From a virus (lineage: Duplodnaviria; Caudoviricetes), in IMG/VR virus record IMGVR_UViG_3300027769_000049, positions 1-42,846 of that record: DNA of 42,846 nucleotides; one strand, given 5' to 3'. The notes under the pieces were generated by a model. It was not told where the DNA came from. It ran no database searches and saw nothing but the letters and a program-made list of their open reading frames with translations. Shown piece by piece: positions 1 to 10,200 of the stretch. Position 1 is the first letter of the stretch. Each line of letters starts with the position of its first letter. The position numbers and the translations under genes were made by a program.

Positions 1-832
1 TCTTCTCCTCCATGGTCCACGGTGGCATCCATAGCTCCGTGATCTGGCCAGCCTCCACCGGCTGCCAGTGATCCAAAAGCAACCGCGACTGAAGGTCACG
101 GCATGTGTCGAGCAACTGACGCTCGCACTGGTCGAGATATGCCTGGGGCAGGACGACGACTAGCGCCTCGTATGGAGGCACGGTCGAACTCACCACGAAG
201 GCAAAACGCTCAGGGGCAAAGCCTGCTTCCCTGGCCAGCCGCAAATAGAGAGCGGCTTGAAACCCATAACCGAAGTCGTGAACGGACTTGTGCCATGTCC
301 TAATCGGACATTGATCAGAGGTAGTCTTCAGGTCCCAGATAGTGTCTATGGTTGCTGCATCGGGACGGCACCTGACCTTCAGCCCTGAGTCAGGGCAGGT
401 CGAGCGGACGGAAAACTCTCTGTGTTCCGTCGAGTCTTGGAGCTGGCAAAAGAACTTGTTTGAAGACAGGCGATCGAACTGTCGTCGATAAGCATTGGCC
501 TCGCTCGGCTTGAGGATGATGGCGTCGGCGGGCTGCTCCGAAACCCATCCCTCGCCCTTTTTCAAAATCGCCCCGTTGGCCCCGACAAACTCCTCGGGGA
601 CGATGGCGACCCTGCCCCACCAGGCATCACTGCCGATCTCACACCAAAGATGGCAGAGCGATCCCTTGCGGAACGCCTGTCCCGAATGTTCACTGATTGA
701 GCCGGTGAGGTACCGCTCGTAGAAGTACAGCGGCCCCTTGTCACGGAGCGACCACAACTGGCTTTTGCTCCACCATTCCCTGTCGGCGTGGTAGAGGTCG
801 ATTGGTTCGTTGAACGTGAGGGTGGCGGCCAT
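1..832 (-). CDS. PD-(D/E)XK nuclease, RecE/exonuclease VIII-like (DUF3799-type), 3' end beyond window
   Basis: Not in ORF track; translated by hand from ATG at 832 (alternative GTG at 880): MAATLTFNEPIDLYHADREWWSKSQL...FRKGSLCH...LKVRCRPD...IWDLKTT...FGYGFQAALY...FAFVV...PPYE...ELWMPPW. No stop before base 1. Confidence 0.85.
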   Translation of the reverse strand, partial: MAATLTFNEPIDLYHADREWWSKSQLWSLRDKGPLYFYERYLTGSISEHSGQAFRKGSLCHLWCEIGSDAWWGRVAIVPEEFVGANGAILKKGEGWVSEQPADAIILKPSEANAYRRQFDRLSSNKFFCQLQDSTEHREFSVRSTCPDSGLKVRCRPDAATIDTIWDLKTTSDQCPIRTWHKSVHDFGYGFQAALYLRLAREAGFAPERFAFVVSSTVPPYEALVVVLPQAYLDQCERQLLDTCRDLQSRLLLDHWQPVEAGQITELWMPPWTMEEK

Positions 833-976
833 CGTGGTGGCCCGCCGGGCGTTCGCCGGGATCGTGAATCCGGGTGACACCTGACGGGACTGCGGTTCCT
901 AATGTAGGGGTTGTGCGGGGGGGTTCACTCCGTCAGACCGGTCGCTATCTTCGCTGGCACATCGAGGGATGCAGCG

Positions 977-1840
977 ATGATCGAGGTTGCAAACAGCTAC
1001 GTTTCGCAGAGGGAGATCAGCCGAGACTATCGGCGTGATGTTCTGCGGTGTGCCGAGTCCATGCGGGACGCGGGCGTCACTCCATCGACGATCAGAGACT
1101 CCGTATTCAACCGCTGGCTGCTCGGGCTGAGGTCCGCGAGCTACACCCGGTCGAAGGCCCGAGTGATGGGGCTGACGCTTTGGCGGCACTCCATCGACCT
1201 CGGGCTGACGACACAGGGTATCGGCCGGATCGCCACTGTCAAGCGGATTTTTCCACCCCCCGTGGCATGGTCGGCAGAAGAGCTGTCGAGGCTGCTGGAT
1301 TACGTCTCCCACATCGACGGCGTCTACAAACAGAGGCACCCTCGCCGCGTCTACTGGAGGGCGTGGGTCCTGCTCGGCTACGAATCGGGACTCCGAATGT
1401 CCGACCTCCACGACCTCCGGGTGTCCTCCGTAAGAGGCAGCCGCTTGTGGACCACCGCCAACAAGACCGGGGTTCCCATCAGCAAGAGGCTGTCCCCTGA
1501 TTGCGCCGCCGCTGTGGAGGACCTCGCCGCCAGGGGTGACGGGCAGACGATATTCAAGTGGCTCGTTTGCAGTGACCGAACAACCCTGTACTTCAAAGAG
1601 CTTTGCCGCGAAGCAGGAGTGAATGGCACAAGCAAATACCTGAGACGATCTGGGGCAACTCATGTAGAGATCGTCCAGCCCGGAAGTGCAAGAGCTTTCC
1701 TGGGACACAAGTCCATAGGCTTGGCAGAGAAACATTACATAGACGCAACCCTGCTGCCAGACAGGACACCTTCCCCGCCGCCGATCATCAGTCAAAGAAC
1801 GAAATCGGGTCGGGCACTTTCTTCCGCTTCGCTGCCTTGA
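977..1840 (+). CDS. Tyrosine recombinase/integrase (Xer-sized, no obvious arm-binding domain)
   Basis: ESGLRMSDL (Arg I), NKTG (Lys), KYLRRSGAT (HxxR box with His replaced), FLGH...KHY (catalytic Tyr). ATG 977 follows GAGGG at 964-968; the track start at 911 is less likely. Confidence 0.88.
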   Translation: MIEVANSYVSQREISRDYRRDVLRCAESMRDAGVTPSTIRDSVFNRWLLGLRSASYTRSKARVMGLTLWRHSIDLGLTTQGIGRIATVKRIFPPPVAWSAEELSRLLDYVSHIDGVYKQRHPRRVYWRAWVLLGYESGLRMSDLHDLRVSSVRGSRLWTTANKTGVPISKRLSPDCAAAVEDLAARGDGQTIFKWLVCSDRTTLYFKELCREAGVNGTSKYLRRSGATHVEIVQPGSARAFLGHKSIGLAEKHYIDATLLPDRTPSPPPIISQRTKSGRALSSASLP

Positions 1841-4800
1841 CCGGCTCGCCCCTGCGGGCGGCTCGCTCTCGCTGAAGCTCTCGGCCCAATTGGCGGTCGA
1901 GGGCCAGCATTCTCATGGTGACCGGGTCGGCGTAGGGCTTGAGTTCCTCGGGGACGTACACCTGAGAGAACGACTTGACGTAGGGGTCGTCGTGCAGGAT
2001 GTCAGCAATCTTCTTGCGGGCATCCACTCGGCGGATGTCGTCGTCGAGGTTCTGGATCTTCACCCCGGCGGTGGCGTTCACGCCCAACTGGAAAGCCCGG
2101 TCGGCAAAGCTCTCGACTCGCTCGGAGTCGAGGAGCCGGTTGGTGCTTTGGAACACTCGGGCCGCAAACGGAAAGGTGTCGATCAAGGGCTTGACGGCAC
2201 CGATCGTCTGCCCGATGGACGACTCGGGCCTGACGGCCCCCATGGTGATCTTTTCGACGAACTGCTGCGGGGCAGACACGCTCTCTTTCAGTGGCCGCTT
2301 GGTGTAGGAATCTACGCCAGTGAGACGCTCGACAATTCCCTTCACACCAGGGGCGGCATTCCTGCCCACGAAGTCTTCCAGGGTCTTGCCCACCGTGCCC
2401 ATGTAGCTGAGGCTGCCGTCAGGCTCGTAGCTGGGCCGGACAAGGTTGATGGTATCAATGCCTGGGAGGTCAATGTCCGTGATCCAGGGCGTAACACCAG
2501 GCTTGACGGTCCCAAACGGAACACCAGAAAAGAGCCTAGACGCAAAGCCTTCGTCTCCATCGCCCGATGCCCTGAATCCGTAGTTGGCTTTGATGGACTC
2601 GGGAACGTACTCGTCCTCTCCGCTGGAGAACAACTCGTTCGGCAGACGAAGACCGGCTTGGGTGAACCGACCGCCAGGACGCTCCCAAATGTTCGAGGCA
2701 ACCCACTTCCCAATGCGGGAGGTGAAACTCCAGAACGGAAACGCTCGCCTCATGAACTCGCGTTCAATCTTGGTCAAGCTGGACGGGTCGGTGTGGGCGT
2801 TTCGCATGACACGAACAGCCTCGCCAACGTCCCAGCCCTGCATCATCAGGGCAAAGGTCCCCTCCATCCGGTTCATTTTCTCGGTGGTGTCACCGACTGC
2901 GGCACCCCATCGAAGGATTGGGTTCTGCACATTTCGTGGGTCTTTCATCCCGAGCTGATTGAAGTTCCGCCAGCTCTCAGCATTGAGCAGCTCGTTCTCT
3001 GGCATGGTGCTGAGCGGACTGAGCCCCTTGCCAGTGAGAAAGTCCCACCCCTGGTACCCGATCGTGTTGGTTTGGCTTCGGCCCGGGAGCATCTCATCGA
3101 TCGTCCCACCGGCAGTCTGAATGTTGTCGCCCAGGGACTGGAGGTCCATGTTCCTGGTGACTTCGAGGGCCTTGTTCGAGAACATGTCCCTGCGGAAGGC
3201 GTTCACCCGCTCTTCGACGGTGTCGAGATTGCCGTACTTCCGGATCTTCTGGAGGTAGAAGTCGAGCGTCGGCAGGTCCCCTTGGATCAAAGCCTTGGTG
3301 GCGTTGGCTCCGTCCACCATGTGCTTGCCGCCGGTCTGAACATAGTTGACGAACTTCCCCCCGTACCAGTCTCTCGTGAACTTGGCTGGCCAGGAAAGAA
3401 GCGAGCTGCGCCACACCCGAGTGACGTCATCCCACAGCTTCAGGAACCCCTGCTTGACCGCCGCCGAGGATTCAAACCGCCCGATGTTGGCAAGTCGCTG
3501 GAGCTGGGACCTGTCGAGACTGGCTCGGTTTAGCTGATCGATCTCGTCGATCTGCCCGGGGAACCTTTCTCGGAGAAGCCCAAGGATCCTGTCCTTGGCT
3601 CCAGCCGTGGCGAAGTCGTGAGCCGGATCAAACGGAAGCCCGGTAGCGGGGTTCACTGTGTCTGGGTTGATCTCTGGGCGAAGCGCAATCGGAGTGTCCG
3701 GGTCCAGATTGCTTCGCTGGCCAAGCTCCTGAAGGGCCTGGGGCACAGACACCTGCCTGCCTGGCAGCTCAGTTGCCGCACGATATGTCGCCTGGCCGTT
3801 CCGCACCGGGCCCGGAGATGTCCGGGTGGAGCGAGTCAACATGTCTTGGAGGAAGTTGCTTGACTCGATGGCCTTGTCCGAGCCGAGCATGTAGTCGGTG
3901 TAGTCATCCAGGACGTTCCGCCCGAACAGAGGCATGCCGGTTTGGTTCGCCCGAGGATCCATGTTCTCAAGCAAGTTAGCGATGTTGTTGGCTTGGTTGG
4001 CGTCGAACTTCTTGATCGGACCAGTTCCACCCCAGACTTGCTTGGGCATGTGAGACCCGTCGTCTGGGGTCATGAAGTTCGGGAACGTCTCTGGGTTTCC
4101 GTACTCTTGGTTGAGTCGCCTCCTGATGATCGTGGACCGCTGCCGTCTCGGGAGCATGTCTTCTGCCGACTGGCCCGGCTGGCGAACAAGGTCGGGGTTC
4201 TGGCTGAGTTCGTTCAGAACCTTGGTTCCCCCTGGAGTCTTCAGGTAGTCGCCTCGCTTCCGGGCTTCACCTGCGATTGAAGACACCAGGCCGCCGCCTG
4301 CTTCTCGGGAGTTCTGGTCAATGAACTCCTGAAAGCTGAAGTCGCTGGTCTGTCTCGGGAAGAACCGGGTGCCGTTCTCGTCCACCAAGCTCATGCCCGG
4401 GAGCCCGGCCCGAATCCGCCTGTCCAGCTCGTCCTTCAGCCACTGCGGTGCGTTGTCCACGAACTCCTGGAGCCTTGGGTTGGCGGCGATCAGGGCCCGC
4501 TCGGCCTCGCTTCCGCCAGTCTCGATCACGCTTCGGACGGCAGCCGATGCCTGCGGGTCGCCAAGGTCTTCAGCCAAATGCGAAATCTGGTCATGAAGCC
4601 TCTCCCTGGCTTGGATCTGGGTGGTGCTGACGTGCCTGTTGAAGGCGTCGTTGACGTGCTGGTCGGCGGCGGCGAGGGTGTTGCCGGTGTTTTTGTTGAA
4701 GAGCTTGTGCCCGAGCCGCCCGGCGGCAGACCAGCGAAGGGCTTGCATCCCCAAGTCCATGCCAGAAGCCAAAGCCTCGCCGCCAGGGATGTTCATCCCA

Positions 4801-5573
4801 AGTGGGGTGTAGTCCGAAAGAGGAAGCCCGATGCCGATGTCTCTGGACAGAGTGCTGTCAAGAAGTTTGTCGATGTTTGTCCCCGGGGCGAACTGGTTCT
4901 GCACCTTCTGGAGGGCAGAGCCCGCGTTGTCGCCTTGCTCTGCGATCAGCTCCCGAAGTGTCATGCCCCGGCGAGAGACTCTCGGCCCAACCAACGGCCT
5001 CGAAGCCAGCTCGAACGGCGAGATGTCCCTGGCGATCGTGAGGGGATCAGTGCTTCCTGCTCCGCGACCGAGGCTCCGGTAAAAGTCGAGGGCATTGTCG
5101 GCGTACTTCCCGCCGATCTTCCCGCTCCTGATGGCCCGGGAGGAAGCAGCACGGGCGGCGTCGTCGAGCAGACCGGCTGCCTTTGCCGCCTTTCCCGCTG
5201 CACTCACAGTCCCGGTGCCAACGTAGGTCAGGGGATCCGTGAGCAAGCCAGCAGCGAAGTCGGCCACCGGGCGAGCAAGACCCCAGAGGTCGTCTTCTCC
5301 TGGCCTCAGGCCAAACTGCTGGAGCATCTCTCCAGGGTCAGTCTTGCCAGAGATCATGTACCTCAAGCCTTGGCCTGGCTTGTCCAGGGCGTCAAGCAGA
5401 AGGCTGGTTGCTTGGCCCGTCAGGCCGCTGACCTGACCAAGCAGGGTCTCTCGCTCTTCCTCTGTGAGGGGAGCTTGATCGAGCCTGGGCTCAGCGTCCT
5501 CGTACAGGCCGAATCCGATTTGGGGCCGCCTCCTGCGAGGCTGCTGCATTGCGACCTGCTCGAAGTAGTTCAT
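1788..5573 (-). CDS. Large internal virion/ejection protein (1261 aa)
   Basis: Last gene of structural operon. N-terminal LLTDPLTYVG segment and C-terminal ERxFMRRAFPFWSF region resemble large podovirus DNA-transfer proteins. No catalytic motif recognised. Confidence 0.6.
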   Translation of the reverse strand: MNYFEQVAMQQPRRRRPQIGFGLYEDAEPRLDQAPLTEEERETLLGQVSGLTGQATSLLLDALDKPGQGLRYMISGKTDPGEMLQQFGLRPGEDDLWGLARPVADFAAGLLTDPLTYVGTGTVSAAGKAAKAAGLLDDAARAASSRAIRSGKIGGKYADNALDFYRSLGRGAGSTDPLTIARDISPFELASRPLVGPRVSRRGMTLRELIAEQGDNAGSALQKVQNQFAPGTNIDKLLDSTLSRDIGIGLPLSDYTPLGMNIPGGEALASGMDLGMQALRWSAAGRLGHKLFNKNTGNTLAAADQHVNDAFNRHVSTTQIQARERLHDQISHLAEDLGDPQASAAVRSVIETGGSEAERALIAANPRLQEFVDNAPQWLKDELDRRIRAGLPGMSLVDENGTRFFPRQTSDFSFQEFIDQNSREAGGGLVSSIAGEARKRGDYLKTPGGTKVLNELSQNPDLVRQPGQSAEDMLPRRQRSTIIRRRLNQEYGNPETFPNFMTPDDGSHMPKQVWGGTGPIKKFDANQANNIANLLENMDPRANQTGMPLFGRNVLDDYTDYMLGSDKAIESSNFLQDMLTRSTRTSPGPVRNGQATYRAATELPGRQVSVPQALQELGQRSNLDPDTPIALRPEINPDTVNPATGLPFDPAHDFATAGAKDRILGLLRERFPGQIDEIDQLNRASLDRSQLQRLANIGRFESSAAVKQGFLKLWDDVTRVWRSSLLSWPAKFTRDWYGGKFVNYVQTGGKHMVDGANATKALIQGDLPTLDFYLQKIRKYGNLDTVEERVNAFRRDMFSNKALEVTRNMDLQSLGDNIQTAGGTIDEMLPGRSQTNTIGYQGWDFLTGKGLSPLSTMPENELLNAESWRNFNQLGMKDPRNVQNPILRWGAAVGDTTEKMNRMEGTFALMMQGWDVGEAVRVMRNAHTDPSSLTKIEREFMRRAFPFWSFTSRIGKWVASNIWERPGGRFTQAGLRLPNELFSSGEDEYVPESIKANYGFRASGDGDEGFASRLFSGVPFGTVKPGVTPWITDIDLPGIDTINLVRPSYEPDGSLSYMGTVGKTLEDFVGRNAAPGVKGIVERLTGVDSYTKRPLKESVSAPQQFVEKITMGAVRPESSIGQTIGAVKPLIDTFPFAARVFQSTNRLLDSERVESFADRAFQLGVNATAGVKIQNLDDDIRRVDARKKIADILHDDPYVKSFSQVYVPEELKPYADPVTMRMLALDRQLGRELQRERAARRGEPVKAAKRKKVPDPISFFD

Positions 5574-5585
5574 GTTGGCTCACGC

Positions 5586-7274
5586 TCAGTTCACGGGCAT
5601 CTCGTTGGGCTGCCGGAACTCCGTTGGGGCCGAGCCAGGCTTGGGACGGATAAAGTCTGCGCCCCACCGGATGTACCCTCGCGGGTCGGTGCCGGTTGCT
5701 GTCTGGTAAAGACCGGCAATCATCGCGCTGTTCTCGGGCGTCACGGGGATTCCAAGCGCAGCGGCCCAGTTCTTGTACAGATCGGCGTCTCCTTCCAGGC
5801 CAGACCCCCTCAGAGACTGGGTGTACTCGCGGGTGAAGTCGTTCAGAAGCACAGCAGCCCCGGGGTCGTTGCTGGGGTTGAGCTGACCAGACACCATGGC
5901 CCTTGCGATCTGACCTGCACGAGACTGCTTTTGCCCCGACATCCACCGTGGGAGATGGTTTGGGTCCAGGTTCTGACCTTGGAACCGCATGTTGTAGTGA
6001 GTCTGCAACCCAGACGAGAACTGAGCGTGGTCCTTCATCTGGTGAACGTCGGCCAGGTGCTTGTCTGCCCGCCGGATCGGGTCGTTTGCTTCAGCTTGCT
6101 GCCGAGCTGATTCATTCAGCGCCTGCTGGGCCTGAAGATCGTCTTGCCCCCGAAGGACCATGGAGGCTGCATTGCCAAGACCGAGCCTTGGATTGATGAC
6201 ATGGCCCTCAAGCATGACCCGAGCCAGTTCGTCTGGAGTCTTGGCGTTCCGGAGCGACTGGCCGTAGACGATGTTTGCCACCGGGGTGTTCATCCGCCGG
6301 GCCATGTTGTCCTGCTCTGCCCGAGTTCGGACGTTCTGTCTCAGGTCAGCCTGGATGTTTGCCTTGACCCCCGAGTCAGAGAGGAACTTCTGAAGCGATG
6401 CGGCCCGTTCCCGGAAGTTCTTGCCCTGAAACTGCTGGGCAAAGTCCTGGAACTGCATCGGGGTGCCACCCTTCTGGATGACGTCCCGGTACTTGGCCCA
6501 CTGCTCGTCCAAGAATCGCTGCCCATGCCGAGCTTCGACCGACTCCCTCATGGCTTGGTTGGGCGTGTACCTGTACCCGCCGCCGGGGACATGGATGGTG
6601 TCGTACTTCCCGGAAAGCTCTTGGTGCCTGGCTTCTTTGGTGGCGATGTCAGCATTGAGCTGGGCTTGGGACTCGGGTCCGTAGGCACTGGGATCCAGCC
6701 CAAACATGCGAGCCTTCCCGGCCCTCATGCCTGCCGTTGATTTGTCAACGGGGAGAGGTTGCATCGGTGGCTTGAGCATCCCGCCGTCGATGGCAGCGAC
6801 GTAGTTCGTCCCCTTGGGGATGTCGCCTTGCCCCACTTTCTCGGCGTACTCTGCCTGCCGCCACTTCTCGGAGCTGTTGAGGTCGATCGCCCCGAGCCTC
6901 GGATCATTGGCGAGGCCGAGCAGGCCAGCAGCATCCTCGGGGATCTTGATCTGAGGGCCTGCCATGCCCGGGTCTGGGGCTCTCATGCCGTACCCGCCCT
7001 GCCCACCCTGAAGACGCTGGTCCCAGATCCTGCCAGCCTTTGGGCCGTGCGGCATCTCTTGATTGGACATGGGCAGGTGGCGGTTCATGGACTGCTCGGG
7101 GGTGAGCTGCTGCTGCGGAACGCCGTCAGCCACTCCCCGCCGATTTTCCAGACCGTCTCCGTCCCCGGGCTGTGGTCCCATGGCCGGGCCAAAGCTCGAA
7201 GCCCTTGCCCTGGCTGCCTCTCGGACTCGGGCAAGTCGCTCTTGTTCTCTCCTGCCGGGAGTGCCGTACATCAC
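5586..7274 (-). CDS. Putative internal virion/ejection protein (562 aa, Q/M/G-rich)
   Basis: Long ORF coupled to the upstream gene by a GTGA overlap at 7271-7274; lies among ejection-type genes. Confidence 0.5.
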   Translation of the reverse strand: MMYGTPGRREQERLARVREAARARASSFGPAMGPQPGDGDGLENRRGVADGVPQQQLTPEQSMNRHLPMSNQEMPHGPKAGRIWDQRLQGGQGGYGMRAPDPGMAGPQIKIPEDAAGLLGLANDPRLGAIDLNSSEKWRQAEYAEKVGQGDIPKGTNYVAAIDGGMLKPPMQPLPVDKSTAGMRAGKARMFGLDPSAYGPESQAQLNADIATKEARHQELSGKYDTIHVPGGGYRYTPNQAMRESVEARHGQRFLDEQWAKYRDVIQKGGTPMQFQDFAQQFQGKNFRERAASLQKFLSDSGVKANIQADLRQNVRTRAEQDNMARRMNTPVANIVYGQSLRNAKTPDELARVMLEGHVINPRLGLGNAASMVLRGQDDLQAQQALNESARQQAEANDPIRRADKHLADVHQMKDHAQFSSGLQTHYNMRFQGQNLDPNHLPRWMSGQKQSRAGQIARAMVSGQLNPSNDPGAAVLLNDFTREYTQSLRGSGLEGDADLYKNWAAALGIPVTPENSAMIAGLYQTATGTDPRGYIRWGADFIRPKPGSAPTEFRQPNEMPVN

Positions 7275-10200
7275 GTTGGCCTCTGAAGGGTCTGCGGGGT
7301 CATTCTGTCTGGATCGAATCGAATGTACCGGATGCGTTCCGATGGAGACATCTGACTGAACGGCTTGGTGTACCCGCCCGACCCGGAGCCTGGCGTGAAG
7401 ATCGTTCCTTCGTCTTCAACCGGCACTCCGAAGATCGGGTCCAGCCCGGCGTCCTTGGATGGAGGGGTGGCGTATGGGTTGGGCGGGGCACCGGCCTGCT
7501 TCAGCAGAGACGAAGCCCCGATCAGTCCAGCACCACCTGCAACGACGGCGGCGATCTTGCCTCGATTTCCAGCGACCGCACCGGCAGCATCGCTGGCCCG
7601 ACTTGACCAAGTTGGCTTTTCTGCCTTTTTGGTCTGCGTCTTGGGTACGGTCTGCTGAACCTCGACTTCTTCGTCAACGTCAACATCATCTCCGTCTTCG
7701 ACCTCATCGCCGTCAACGTCACTGCCGTTGTCCGCAGCCTGCTCTCCCTGAATCTTTTGGGCATCGGCAGCGGCAGCGTTGGCGTCTTCGTCCCCAACCA
7801 GATCACCGGACTCTTCCTCGACGGTCTTGGCCGGTCCTGGGGAAGGACTGGGGCCTGCGTTCTGGGGATCGGGCTGGGGTGCAGGCTGCGCTTTGATTTT
7901 GGGCTTGAGGAGCTTTCTTCCCTCATTTGCGACCCACGGGGAAACGACCCCATCTTTCTCCATTCGTTCGAGAATGCCCTTGGCCACGCTGAGGTTCACG
8001 CCGAGCTTGGCCACAATGACGTCCGCAGTTGTCCTTCCTGATTCGGTGACGGCATCCCAAGCGGCATCAAACTGCTCCTGGGTGTGAGGAAGGTACGTCG
8101 AGGGAGCTGGGCTTGGTGCTGGCGAAGGTGCCGGGTCAGACGAAGGGGCGGGGTCGGGAGCCGGGTCCTTGGGCCTGTTGGGGTCTTCCCATCCAGTGGG
8201 GTTTGGAGGAAGGGGCTGCTTGCTGCCATCAGCCCGGTACATCACTTGGCCGTCCACGATGAACGACTCGATCTGGCCAGCCTTCTCCATCTCGTCGAGC
8301 TTGTCTGCGGGAATCCCAGTGGCAGCGATGTAGGCATCCCGGGGAATCATCTTCGGCCCGGCTGGGGCTGGGGCAGGAGCCGGGGCTTGCGGCTGGGCTC
8401 CAGCTCCATTTCTCTTGGCCTCGACGGCGGCGATGGCGTCCTCGAAGTGCTTGATGTAGGCAGCGTCGATGGAAGACCAGAGGTTGGGGTCGATGGAGTC
8501 GAGCTGCTGCATCCGCTCTTTCCAGTATTTCATGCTCCTCCAGGTCTTGCCTCTGCTGATTCCTCGGATGTACTTCTCTCCTTCCGGGGTTTCCATCCAC
8601 TCTTCGACTGTCATTGACCTTGAGGGGCGAGCCTTCTTCCCTCGTTCGATGCCTTCCTGGGTCCACTTGAAACCGGGGCCGGGCGAGTGCGGCCAGGCCG
8701 GGTCTTCCGTGTAGGCGGTTTGGCTCACGGTCGGTGCCGCTGCGTTGTCGAGCTTGTCTGTTCCGGCTGGGTCGCTCGGGGCCGGGCTGGCCGCAGGATC
8801 GGCCTTGTTGACCACTCCCGCAGAGTGGGCTTCGACATCCCTCCACTTGATTCCCGCTTCCTTGAGCGCTTCGTCAATGAAGTCAAGGATTGCCTGGTGC
8901 GTCTTCTGGTGCGGGCCTTTATTCGACGCCTCTTCCCGAAGCTCCTCGATTACATCCTTGGCCCACTTGGCGTCATCGGGAGTGCGGTCCTTCAGGCTCA
9001 GGAGGATGTCGAGGGCCTCCTGGTCGTCCGGGGTGAGCAGCTTCGAGGCGTCCGCGAAGTACAGATTGTTCAGCGTGTTGTTGGATGAGTCAGTCCGGTC
9101 GGCCGCCTCTCCCTTTCGCAGCTTGGAGTATCCTTCTGGCGTTGGGCCAATGGCATCCTCGATGGAGTCGGCCTGAGTGAGGGCTCCCCACTGGGAGCTG
9201 TGGATGTTGCCGAACGGCTTGTTTCCCGGCTTCATCATCGGGCCGGGCGACGGAACTGACGGAATCTCTCCCTTGGTCGTGGCTGGCCCAACATCCCCCG
9301 AGATCGCTGGGCTGTTGATGGGCACATACCCTTGGTCAGTCAGCATCCTCAGACCGTTCTTGGCTTGGTTGTCGTTCTCCAGGTAGCCTCGAATACGGTC
9401 GATGACGGTCCTATTCTGCGGGCCGAACTCTTGCATCGGCCTGCGGAAGGAAAACCCTCGCATGGTGTCGGCGTAGTCTTTGGCAGACTGGGGGTACCCA
9501 GGCATGGCGTACATGTCTGCCAGGCCGGGGTGGGACTTGCCAGACTCGATCTCTCCTTGCCTTCCAGAACGACGAAGCTCCTTGACCCACTCGGGAAGGT
9601 TGCTCCACTCGCGCTCCCACTCCTCTCTCCATCCGTCTTTTCCGACCCATGTAGGGATGGCGGTCTCTCGCTTCAGCCCCTTCATGGCATCAAGCTCTGT
9701 CCTCTCGCCTTCGGTGAGGAAGGTGCGAGAGTCCGTTGAGTTCGGCGGCTGCTGACTGGGGTGTTCTTGCCCGATGATGTTTGCTGGGGCCGCGTCCCGG
9801 TATGGAATCGGCCGTCTTGCGGCAAGGCTTTCTTCGTCTGTGCCAGACGGCTCCACCCAGACTCCGGGCCTTCGCTCTGGGTTGGCAACGCTCGGATCAA
9901 ACGTGTTCTGGAGAGCCTGCATGACAGCAGCCCTCCGGGAGTTTGCCGTCTCACCTTGGAACAGATGCCTGGCTCGGTCTGCGATCAGCGAAGAAAGCTG
10001 TTCAAGTCGATCGTCGATGTTCGCCTGGGCGACTTGCTCTGGCGTCCAGTTTGCGTTGACCTGCACGTTGCCAAAGGCAGCCTTCAGCTTCGGCTCGTTC
10101 AGGCTGAGGGGGTTTTTCCCGAGGTGACCGCCGATCATCGACCACAGGGTTTCCACGCTTTTGGTGGCCCACGGGTCCGCAATGATCTGGTTGATGAGGC

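Noticed and set aside
871-945. tRNA or tRNA fragment (GGTTCA motif, paired ends)
   Set aside because: Cannot fold a cloverleaf; T-arm geometry is wrong and no D or anticodon arms are evident.
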